This document shows positions 1 to 5,281 of a stretch of DNA of 15,570 bases, piece by piece (the first letter of the stretch is position 1; the number at the start of each line of letters is the position of its first letter). The notes below the pieces were generated by a model. That model worked only from the letters and a program-made list of their open reading frames with translations, did not search any database and was not told the DNA's origin. The DNA lies in the sequence record MZ666939.1; one strand, 5' to 3'. The position numbers and the translations under genes are program-made.

Positions 1-48
1 CCCCCCCACTATAATTCATCTCTGGGCTTCCTTCTCCTGTTCGGTGGC

Positions 49-67
49 GTTCCGTTCAGAACGGAAC
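49..67. repeat. 19-bp palindrome GTTCCGTTC-A-GAACGGAAC
   Basis: 49-57 is the exact reverse complement of 59-67. The same arm GTTCCGTTC recurs at 15526-15534. Confidence 0.95.
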
Positions 68-128
68 TGTTCTAAACCTAACTAGTTGCGTCTATTGGCT
101 TTCATACTAATCATACTCTTAATCGAAT

Positions 129-155
129 CAGAACATATATATACAGAACAGAACA
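129..155. repeat. CAGAACA iteron-like copies (reverse complement of the TGTTCTG units at the right end)
   Basis: CAGAACA at 129-135 and CAGAACAGAACA at 144-155. Confidence 0.6.
135..143 (+). promoter_or_regulatory. Candidate TATA box for the first operon
   Basis: ATATATATA about 57 nt upstream of ATG 200, which has a GAGGT SD. Confidence 0.4.
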
Positions 156-199
156 ATCCTATTATAACCACAAAAACTATTAAAAAAGAGGTAAAAAAA

Positions 200-355
200 A
201 TGAAAAAATATTCTATGATTGATGAGCTTGTAATCATACTAAAAAAGGTTCAAGATAATGCTTTAAATTGTACTTCTAATCAGGTTTCTAAAATAGACTA
301 TTCAGAACTTAGAAATATAGCAAAAGAATTTGCTAATAAGCATTATAATGAATAG
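200..355 (+). CDS. Hypothetical protein, 51 aa (start revised from TTG 86 to ATG 200)
   Basis: GAGGT-A8-TG initiation context. The 86-199 extension runs through the repeat region. Confidence 0.7.
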   Translation: MKKYSMIDELVIILKKVQDNALNCTSNQVSKIDYSELRNIAKEFANKHYNE

Positions 356-386
356 GCAATAGTAAAATAAGAGATGATAAAAAAAA

Positions 387-539
387 ATGGTTGAAAAAAT
401 AGCGCAATGGATTAAAGAAATGGAAAAAGAATTAACTAAGAAATATCAGGATTTCTTTGAAAACAGAACGAGTTATACCGATGAGGAAATAAAAGAACTT
501 GTAGAAAAAGCAATAGGAAAACAATTCAAAAAAAACTAA
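387..539 (+). CDS. Small helical hypothetical protein, 50 aa (MVEKIAQWIKEMEKELTKK...), not in ORF track
   Basis: Manual translation. GAGATGAT SD-like motif 8 nt upstream. Fills the gap between neighbours. Confidence 0.75.
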   Translation: MVEKIAQWIKEMEKELTKKYQDFFENRTSYTDEEIKELVEKAIGKQFKKN

Positions 540-557
540 AAAAGGGGTAAAAAAATT

Positions 558-707
558 ATGATTGAATTAAAAAGAATTTATAAATGTCCTAATTGCGACG
601 CTATCGTATTAGAGAAGGTTTATTTCAATACAATCCATCGTTGTTCCTGTGGTGTTGATACTCATGCTAATAATTTATTGCTGCAATTACAGAAAAAAGA
701 TGACTAA
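558..707 (+). CDS. Zn-ribbon microprotein, 49 aa (CPNC...CSC), not in ORF track
   Basis: Manual translation MIELKRIYKCPNCDAIVLEKVYFNTIHRCSCGV...; GGGGT SD upstream. Confidence 0.8.
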   Translation: MIELKRIYKCPNCDAIVLEKVYFNTIHRCSCGVDTHANNLLLQLQKKDD

Positions 708-711
708 AAAA

Positions 712-1038
712 ATGGTTGGAAAAAGAGAAATCGCAGACATATTAGATGTATCTGAAATTGATTTAGATTGGATATTAAATAATTATAGGGAAATATGGAA
801 TGGCTCTCCAGAACATTTAGAATTGATTGATAGAATACAAGGACAAATTTTCTCTATAACTAATAGATTATATTTACTTAGAAGTAGGATTGAATACGAT
901 ATAAATAAAGGAAATACAAATAGAAGAATTTCAAGAGCTGTGGATAACGCAAGTAAAAAAGTTGGAAATTTATTCTTAGCCTTCCTAAATTTTGAAGAAG
1001 TAAAATATTATAATCTTAAAAGAAAATTAATCAATTAG
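712..1038 (+). CDS. Protein with N-terminal HTH-like motif (start revised to 712, alternative 700)
   Basis: KREIADILDVSEIDLDWIL resembles a helix-turn-helix. The 649 start overlaps the upstream Zn-ribbon gene. Confidence 0.65.
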   Translation: MVGKREIADILDVSEIDLDWILNNYREIWNGSPEHLELIDRIQGQIFSITNRLYLLRSRIEYDINKGNTNRRISRAVDNASKKVGNLFLAFLNFEEVKYYNLKRKLIN

Positions 1039-1114
1039 ATTTTGTTTTTTAAGGTATTGGGCATTTAGCCTAATCGAAAAGCAATTAATAGAAAAGAGAT
1101 GATTGAAAAGAATG
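1039..1114 (+). repeat. ~75-bp intergenic repeat, copy 1 (oligo-T, hairpin, SD, ATG)
   Basis: ATTTTGTTTTTTAAGGTATTGGGCATTTAGCCTAATCGAAAAGCAATTAATAGAAAAGAGATGATTGAAAAGAATG, near-identical to 2134-2208 and 2514-2587. Confidence 0.97.
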
Positions 1115-1258
1115 GTTGGTTTTAAGAAATTAAAAGTAAGATTAAGCGAGAGAAACGAGAGAATATTGAGAGAGATGTGGCAATTTACTCCAACAGATTA
1201 TACTTTTGAGGTATTTGTTAATAATTGGATTAGAGTTCAATTAAGTAAGGCGAGGTAA
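1112..1258 (+). CDS. Ribbon-helix-helix-like DNA-binding protein, 48 aa, not in ORF track
   Basis: MVGFKKLKVRLSERNERILREMWQFTPTDYTFEVFVNNWIRVQLSKAR: alternating strand KLKVRL followed by two helices. Confidence 0.6.
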   Translation: MVGFKKLKVRLSERNERILREMWQFTPTDYTFEVFVNNWIRVQLSKAR

Positions 1259-1263
1259 AAGGG

Positions 1264-1725
1264 ATGGCAAAACAATATTCTGAAGTATTTAAAAGAAATT
1301 GCGTTCAAAAATTAACAGATTTGAAAGCAAAAGGGATTGTTAGAATTAATAAAGTAGAGGTTAAAAACGTGAGAGAATTAGTTAAAGCTTTAGATATTTC
1401 TAACGATTCGTTGTATAAATGGAATAAAGTTTATTTCGCAACTAAATCAAACGATAACGATGTTTCTGACGATTTTTTTGATTCCGAAACGAAACCAAAA
1501 TCAGAACAAGAAATTAGTTCAGGAGAGATTTTTGGGATTCGTTATTATTCTTGGTTTGCTAGAAATCTAGGCGTTAAAAACTATTCAAGAATGGTTTTAG
1601 TTCAATTAAAACTAGCGATTGGAAACGAATTAATTAAACAATCTGGATTAGTTGATATGAATAAAGCTAGCAAAAAATTAAGTCAGAATGCAATAAATTA
1701 TATAAAAGAACACGGGGAATTATAA
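1264..1725 (+). CDS. HTH protein with IS3-OrfA/HTH_Tnp_1-like N-terminus
   Basis: KQYSEVFKRNCVQKL...NVRELVKALDISNDSLYKWNKVY follows the YSxEFK...VxExAxxLGISxxTLYxW pattern. GAGGT SD. Confidence 0.65.
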   Translation: MAKQYSEVFKRNCVQKLTDLKAKGIVRINKVEVKNVRELVKALDISNDSLYKWNKVYFATKSNDNDVSDDFFDSETKPKSEQEISSGEIFGIRYYSWFARNLGVKNYSRMVLVQLKLAIGNELIKQSGLVDMNKASKKLSQNAINYIKEHGEL

Positions 1726-1923
1726 ATGAGTACTATTTTTGTCTATGTATGTAATAAGTGTGGTGAGAGTTTTGATGTAGAAATGGAAGATGATTTTGCT
1801 AAGATTCCTTTCGAGGGGGTATGGAGTTGTGAATGTGGTGAGCTTATTAGGGTTAGATGGGATGGGAAGGAGTTGGAATATATAAAACGCAAAAACTTAA
1901 AGAAAAACGGTGATAATCTATAA
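1726..1923 (+). CDS. Zn-ribbon protein
   Basis: CNKC...CECG; abuts the upstream stop; GGGGA SD. Confidence 0.8.
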   Translation: MSTIFVYVCNKCGESFDVEMEDDFAKIPFEGVWSCECGELIRVRWDGKELEYIKRKNLKKNGDNL

Positions 1924-2120
1924 TGACGACAAACCTAATTACTTTTATTTGTCAAGGTTGCGGAACTAAAGTTCTCGCACATATAGACCGAGAAGGTGTT
2001 TTGAGATTTAGTATTAGAGATAAGCTAATAGGTTCGGAAGTACTTCTTAATGATTTAGGTTATTATGTTTGCGTTGATTGTCATAAAAAATCAGTTTTAA
2101 GATTTAGGGTGTTTGATTAA
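1923..2120 (+). CDS. Zn-finger protein
   Basis: CQGC...CVDCH; TAATG stop/start overlap; GGTGA SD. Confidence 0.8.
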   Translation: MTTNLITFICQGCGTKVLAHIDREGVLRFSIRDKLIGSEVLLNDLGYYVCVDCHKKSVLRFRVFD

Positions 2121-2133
2121 ATTAATAATTTAT

Positions 2134-2208
2134 ATTTTGTTTTTTAAGGTATTAGGCACTTAGCTTAATCGAAAAGCAATTAATAGAAAAGAGATGATTG
2201 AAAGGATG
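2134..2208 (+). repeat. ~75-bp intergenic repeat, copy 2
   Basis: Direct comparison shows only a few differences from copies 1 and 3. Confidence 0.97.
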
Positions 2209-2352
2209 AAATGTATAACCTGTGGTGAAAACGAAGCAATTAACGATTTTTATAAAGAATGTGAAAGATGCATAGAGAAATATCAAGAACAACAAAAAGA
2301 GAGAGGTTTTTTAGAAGCATTGAAAGAATTAAGTGATTTTGGAGTGTGGTAA
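2206..2352 (+). CDS. Zn-finger microprotein, 48 aa (CITC...CERC), not in ORF track
   Basis: Manual translation MKCITCGENEAINDFYKECERCIEKY... The start is supplied by repeat copy 2 (alternative in-frame ATG 2194). Confidence 0.8.
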   Translation: MKCITCGENEAINDFYKECERCIEKYQEQQKERGFLEALKELSDFGVW

Positions 2353-2357
2353 AAAAA

Positions 2358-2513
2358 ATGGGATTTGTCGAAAGAATGAAAGAAAATCATGATTTTATTA
2401 CAGAATGTAATGATTTAGCATTTATCTTAGATATTGATATAAAGGAATTAGATAAATGGTTTAATAAATCTGAAAATAAGGAATTAATAAAACTATTAGC
2501 TTTAATCAAATAG
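2358..2513 (+). CDS. Small HTH-like protein, 51 aa, not in ORF track
   Basis: MGFVERMKENHDFITECNDLAFILDIDIKELDKWFNK...; resembles the HTH-like segment of 712..1038. Confidence 0.7.
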   Translation: MGFVERMKENHDFITECNDLAFILDIDIKELDKWFNKSENKELIKLLALIK

Positions 2514-2587
2514 ATTTTGTTTTTTAGGGTATTAGGCACTTAGCCTAATCGAAAAGCAATTAATAGAAAGAGATGATTGAAAGGATG
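2514..2587 (+). repeat. ~75-bp intergenic repeat, copy 3
   Basis: Perfect 7-bp stem ATTAGGC/GCCTAAT (2531-2549). Shares an extra 11/12 nt upstream with copy 1. Confidence 0.97.
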
Positions 2588-2947
2588 GGAATGAAATTGA
2601 ATAGAAAAATAAAGAGAGCAAATAGAGATTTTTATAGAGCAATTAAAGAAAGAGAAAATAAGAAGTTTTTAATAATGAAAGAAGGCGCAATATACGATTT
2701 AAACAAAATAGACCAAATAAGTAAATTGAAATTAGATTTTTTCTGTTTTGATTATTATTTGAATAGAAAAGAATCTAGACCTTATTTATGTCAAATCTGT
2801 AAATTAAACGAAACGTGCCAAAACAATTTTGATTATGAATGTGTAGAAACTAGCGATTTTTTATTTAATGCCAAAACAATATTTACTGTTAAGGATGATT
2901 TTCTTGATTCTTTAATTAAGAAAAGTAATAAAGCGTTGAGGGGTTAA
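2585..2947 (+). CDS. Hypothetical protein with Cys cluster (CQIC...C...C), start 2585 or 2573
   Basis: ORF track. GAGATGAT lies 7 nt before ATG 2585. Confidence 0.75.
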   Translation: MGMKLNRKIKRANRDFYRAIKERENKKFLIMKEGAIYDLNKIDQISKLKLDFFCFDYYLNRKESRPYLCQICKLNETCQNNFDYECVETSDFLFNAKTIFTVKDDFLDSLIKKSNKALRG

Positions 2948-2952
2948 ATAGA

Positions 2953-3084
2953 ATGTTATTACACGAATACAAAAAAATATTAAGAATAAGGATTTTATTA
3001 GACGAAAATCCTACTAAAGCAAAACAATTGCTAACTGATTTAATCAATAAATTTGAATTAGAACATTATAAAATGGGTGAATAA
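2953..3084 (+). CDS. Small helical hypothetical protein, 43 aa, not in ORF track
   Basis: MLLHEYKKILRIRILLDENPTKAKQLLTDLINKFELEHYKMGE; GAGGGG SD; fills gap. Confidence 0.65.
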   Translation: MLLHEYKKILRIRILLDENPTKAKQLLTDLINKFELEHYKMGE

Positions 3085-3085
3085 A

Positions 3086-3322
3086 ATGGATTTTGAGAAA
3101 AAACTAGAGATTTTTGTAAATTTTTTTTGGTTTGCTATTGGATATTTATTTGCTTTAGGGGTTTCTATCTTTACTTTAAATATTATACAAGGTAGTCCTG
3201 GTGAAGCAACTTTAGAAATGACTTATATTTTTACCGTTGGGTTTTCTGTTTTTGGAATTATTGCTGTGGTTTTTGGTTTGATTTGGTTCTTAAGTCAATA
3301 TGAAATCGTAAAAAGAGGTTAA
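3086..3322 (+). CDS. Small two-TM membrane protein (start revised to ATG 3086)
   Basis: Two hydrophobic stretches. The GTG at 3077 is part of the GGGTGA SD. Confidence 0.75.
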   Translation: MDFEKKLEIFVNFFWFAIGYLFALGVSIFTLNIIQGSPGEATLEMTYIFTVGFSVFGIIAVVFGLIWFLSQYEIVKRG

Positions 3323-3327
3323 ATAAA

Positions 3328-3477
3328 ATGAAGTGTCCAAATTGTAAAATTGTAGAATTGGATGATTGGGGATTTGATAAATATTTTTGTTCTAAATGTA
3401 AGTCAATTTTTATAGAGATATACCATTCCGAATTAAGAGAAATAAAGCAACAGAAAAAAGGTGAAGTAAATGGCTAA
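3328..3477 (+). CDS. Zn-ribbon microprotein, 49 aa (CPNC-x14-CSKC), not in ORF track
   Basis: MKCPNCKIVELDDWGFDKYFCSKCKSIF...; GAGGT SD. Confidence 0.8.
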   Translation: MKCPNCKIVELDDWGFDKYFCSKCKSIFIEIYHSELREIKQQKKGEVNG

Positions 3478-3775
3478 ATCAAATAAAGACGTTTTAAGCG
3501 TTGATATTAAGTCCGAGAAATTGGAATATACTAAGATTTTAAGAGATTGGGCGAAATTAAACGAAACAAATCAGTTCGATATGGCGTTAATGCTAATTGC
3601 TACTTTTTATAGAGCTTTTAATGTACAAGAGAGCTTTATTAGAGATAAAGGATTAATCAATGAGTTTGTAGATTATTTTACGGGATTAGAGGCAGATTAC
3701 GATAGAATGTTTGCGAAGTTATTTGATTTTAGAGATAATGTAAATAATAAAGTTATGCCTAGATTCGGAGTGTGA
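3470..3775 (+). CDS. Hypothetical protein, possible RHH-like N-terminus
   Basis: GGTGA SD. VLSVDIK strand followed by helices (weak match). Confidence 0.7.
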   Translation: MAKSNKDVLSVDIKSEKLEYTKILRDWAKLNETNQFDMALMLIATFYRAFNVQESFIRDKGLINEFVDYFTGLEADYDRMFAKLFDFRDNVNNKVMPRFGV

Positions 3776-3779
3776 AATC

Positions 3780-4022
3780 ATGGCTAAAAAGTATAAACTT
3801 CGTTGTTTTAATTGTGGAGAGTTATTTAACGAAAAAACGGAAGTTCATAGGGTTATGGGGATGCCTAATTGTGAAGCTTGTTGGGTAGAGTATCATACAG
3901 GTATAGCAGAGTTGGACGCTTATGATTATGAAATGAAGAAATGGCACGAAAGTCATCCAAATCAAGATTATGAACAATGGCAAATAGACCAAGCAAATAT
4001 AAGAAAATATGGTGAATTTTAA
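3780..4022 (+). CDS. Zn-finger protein (CFNC-x17-CEAC, LIM/treble-clef-like spacing)
   Basis: Cys pairs; GGAGTGTGA upstream. Confidence 0.75.
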   Translation: MAKKYKLRCFNCGELFNEKTEVHRVMGMPNCEACWVEYHTGIAELDAYDYEMKKWHESHPNQDYEQWQIDQANIRKYGEF

Positions 4023-4229
4023 ATGGTTAAGAGAGATTATTATTATAAATTCATAATTAAAATGGATAGAAAACTAATTAAAGGCGAAATAGAAGGAATA
4101 AAAGAAGTAATCTTTCAATATTTAGGTGAAATTCCAAGAGTAAACATACAAGGCGGAGAAGCTAATAATACGGGATATTATAAATTTAAAATTAAGAACG
4201 ATAACAAAATACAACAATTTAGGTGTTAA
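4023..4229 (+). CDS. Hypothetical protein
   Basis: Abuts the upstream stop; GGTGA SD. Confidence 0.7.
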   Translation: MVKRDYYYKFIIKMDRKLIKGEIEGIKEVIFQYLGEIPRVNIQGGEANNTGYYKFKIKNDNKIQQFRC

Positions 4230-4231
4230 AA

Positions 4232-4378
4232 TTGAAAGTAAAATATTCTAGTTTGAGAATTAAAAGAAAAAACAGAATTTTAATATTCACCTGTACTTAT
4301 TGCGAATTTAATTATTATCTAAATAGATATTATCCTAAAGCGATTTTATTGATGATAATTGAGAAATTAAATAATTAA
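4232..4378 (+). CDS. Small basic protein, 48 aa with CTYC, TTG start, not in ORF track
   Basis: AGGTG SD at 4221-4225; ends just before the T-tract. Confidence 0.55.
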   Translation: MKVKYSSLRIKRKNRILIFTCTYCEFNYYLNRYYPKAILLMIIEKLNN

Positions 4379-4382
4379 CTTA

Positions 4383-4414
4383 TCTTTTTTTTTTATCGTT
4401 TTTTTAGCTTTTTT
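4383..4414 (+). terminator. Oligo-T archaeal-type terminator ending the early block
   Basis: TCTTTTTTTTTTATCGTTTTTTTAGCTTTTTT directly after the last early ORF. Confidence 0.65.
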
Positions 4415-4426
4415 GGGCTATTTTTG

Positions 4427-4442
4427 GGAATATATTTATAAA
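4427..4442 (+). promoter_or_regulatory. Candidate TATA box of the capsid operon
   Basis: GGAATATATTTATAAA with TTTATAAA at 4435-4442, in the largest internal intergenic gap, upstream of the capsid gene. Confidence 0.6.
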
Positions 4443-4523
4443 GGGTTTAGTCTTATTCTTAAACAATCTAAATAAAACAATTCAATAAAATCGATTAAAA
4501 ATTAAAAAAGGTGGATTTAACTA

Positions 4524-4769
4524 ATGGCCCCTCCAGTAAATCGGGTAATTATGATAGTTATAGCCTTAATGGTAATTGCAGTTATAATTCCTTTAGCAAT
4601 AGGAATGATTGCTGTTATGGATTTAGCAGTAATTACGTATCCTAATGGAAGTACAGGTGTTTTAAAAGACGTTGCAGACCCTGCTGTAATTATACTTTTG
4701 ACTGTTCTTTTACCGATACTTGCCGTTATTGGTTTAATTATGTATTTTCTACCAAGTAGAACAGATTAA
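4524..4769 (+). CDS. Major capsid protein 1, spindle-virus-type hydrophobic helical hairpin
   Basis: 81 aa; two long hydrophobic helices joined by a polar loop with an NGS sequon; GGTGG SD; tandem paralog follows. Confidence 0.85.
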   Translation: MAPPVNRVIMIVIALMVIAVIIPLAIGMIAVMDLAVITYPNGSTGVLKDVADPAVIILLTVLLPILAVIGLIMYFLPSRTD

Positions 4770-4797
4770 TTAATTCAGTTAAAAGGTGAAATTAAAA

Positions 4798-5058
4798 ATG
4801 GCTCCCCCAGTAAATAGAGTAATTATGATTGCTATAGCCTTAATGGTAATTGCTGTTATTGTTCCTTTAGCAATAGGAATGATTGCTGTTATGGATGAAG
4901 TTTTAATTACAGTCCCATTTAATTTGACTGGATTAAACGAAACGCAACTTCCTCTAAAAAGTGTTGTCGACCCTTCTCTTATTGTACTTTTGACTGTTCT
5001 TTTACCGATACTTGCTGTTATTGGTTTAATTATGTATTTTTTACCCCGGAAAAGTTAA
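4798..5058 (+). CDS. Major capsid protein 2, paralog (start revised to ATG 4798, 86 aa)
   Basis: MAPPVNRVIMI start nearly identical to paralog 1. The GTG at 4786 is part of the GGTGA SD. Loop sequons NLT and NET. Confidence 0.85.
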   Translation: MAPPVNRVIMIAIALMVIAVIVPLAIGMIAVMDEVLITVPFNLTGLNETQLPLKSVVDPSLIVLLTVLLPILAVIGLIMYFLPRKS

Positions 5059-5073
5059 AACTAATTTTAAATT

Positions 5074-5091
5074 CTTTTTTTTTTTATTTTA
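5074..5091 (+). terminator. Oligo-T terminator after the capsid genes
   Basis: C-T11-ATTTTA 16 nt after the stop; would let capsid mRNA exceed downstream mRNA. Confidence 0.65.
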
Positions 5092-5107
5092 TTGAAAAAG
5101 TAAGGTT

Positions 5108-5281
5108 ATGAACGAATTAACAGAAATGGAAATAGAACGATTAGAATTAATTAAACAACAATTAGAGGTTAAATTACAAGTGAAAATTATGGTTTACGTC
5201 GTAGTTTATTGTTCTTTTTTTATGGTGTTATTTTGTATTACGTTAGCAATTGTAAAAAGTTTTAAAGAGGGATTTTATTGA
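5108..5281 (+). CDS. Small single-TM protein, 57 aa, not in ORF track
   Basis: MNELTEMEIERLELIKQQLEVKLQVKIMVYVVVYCSFFMVLFCITLAIVKSFKEGFY; TTGA overlap with the next gene. Confidence 0.75.
   Translation: MNELTEMEIERLELIKQQLEVKLQVKIMVYVVVYCSFFMVLFCITLAIVKSFKEGFY

Noticed and set aside
86-199. N-terminal extension of the first ORF from TTG 86
   Set aside because: It has no SD and runs through iteron/TATA-like DNA. ATG 200 has a good SD.
649-699. ORF-track start at GTG 649
   Set aside because: It overlaps the better-supported Zn-ribbon gene 558..707.
1099-1125. 8-aa upstream ORF (MIEKNGWF) from the first ATG in repeat copy 1
   Set aside because: That ATG lies inside the SD-like GAGATGAT. The second ATG is correctly spaced in all three copies and is the likelier start.
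1264-1725. Intact IS3-family insertion sequence
   Set aside because: No DDE catalytic ORF, frameshift partner, terminal inverted repeats or target duplication.
1039-2587. CRISPR or mini-CRISPR array
   Set aside because: The units are about 75 bp, separated by roughly 1020 and 305 bp of protein-coding DNA, not by 30-45 bp spacers.
4524-5058. DGR template/variable repeat pair
   Set aside because: Differences are not adenine-specific, both copies are intact genes, and no reverse transcriptase is present.
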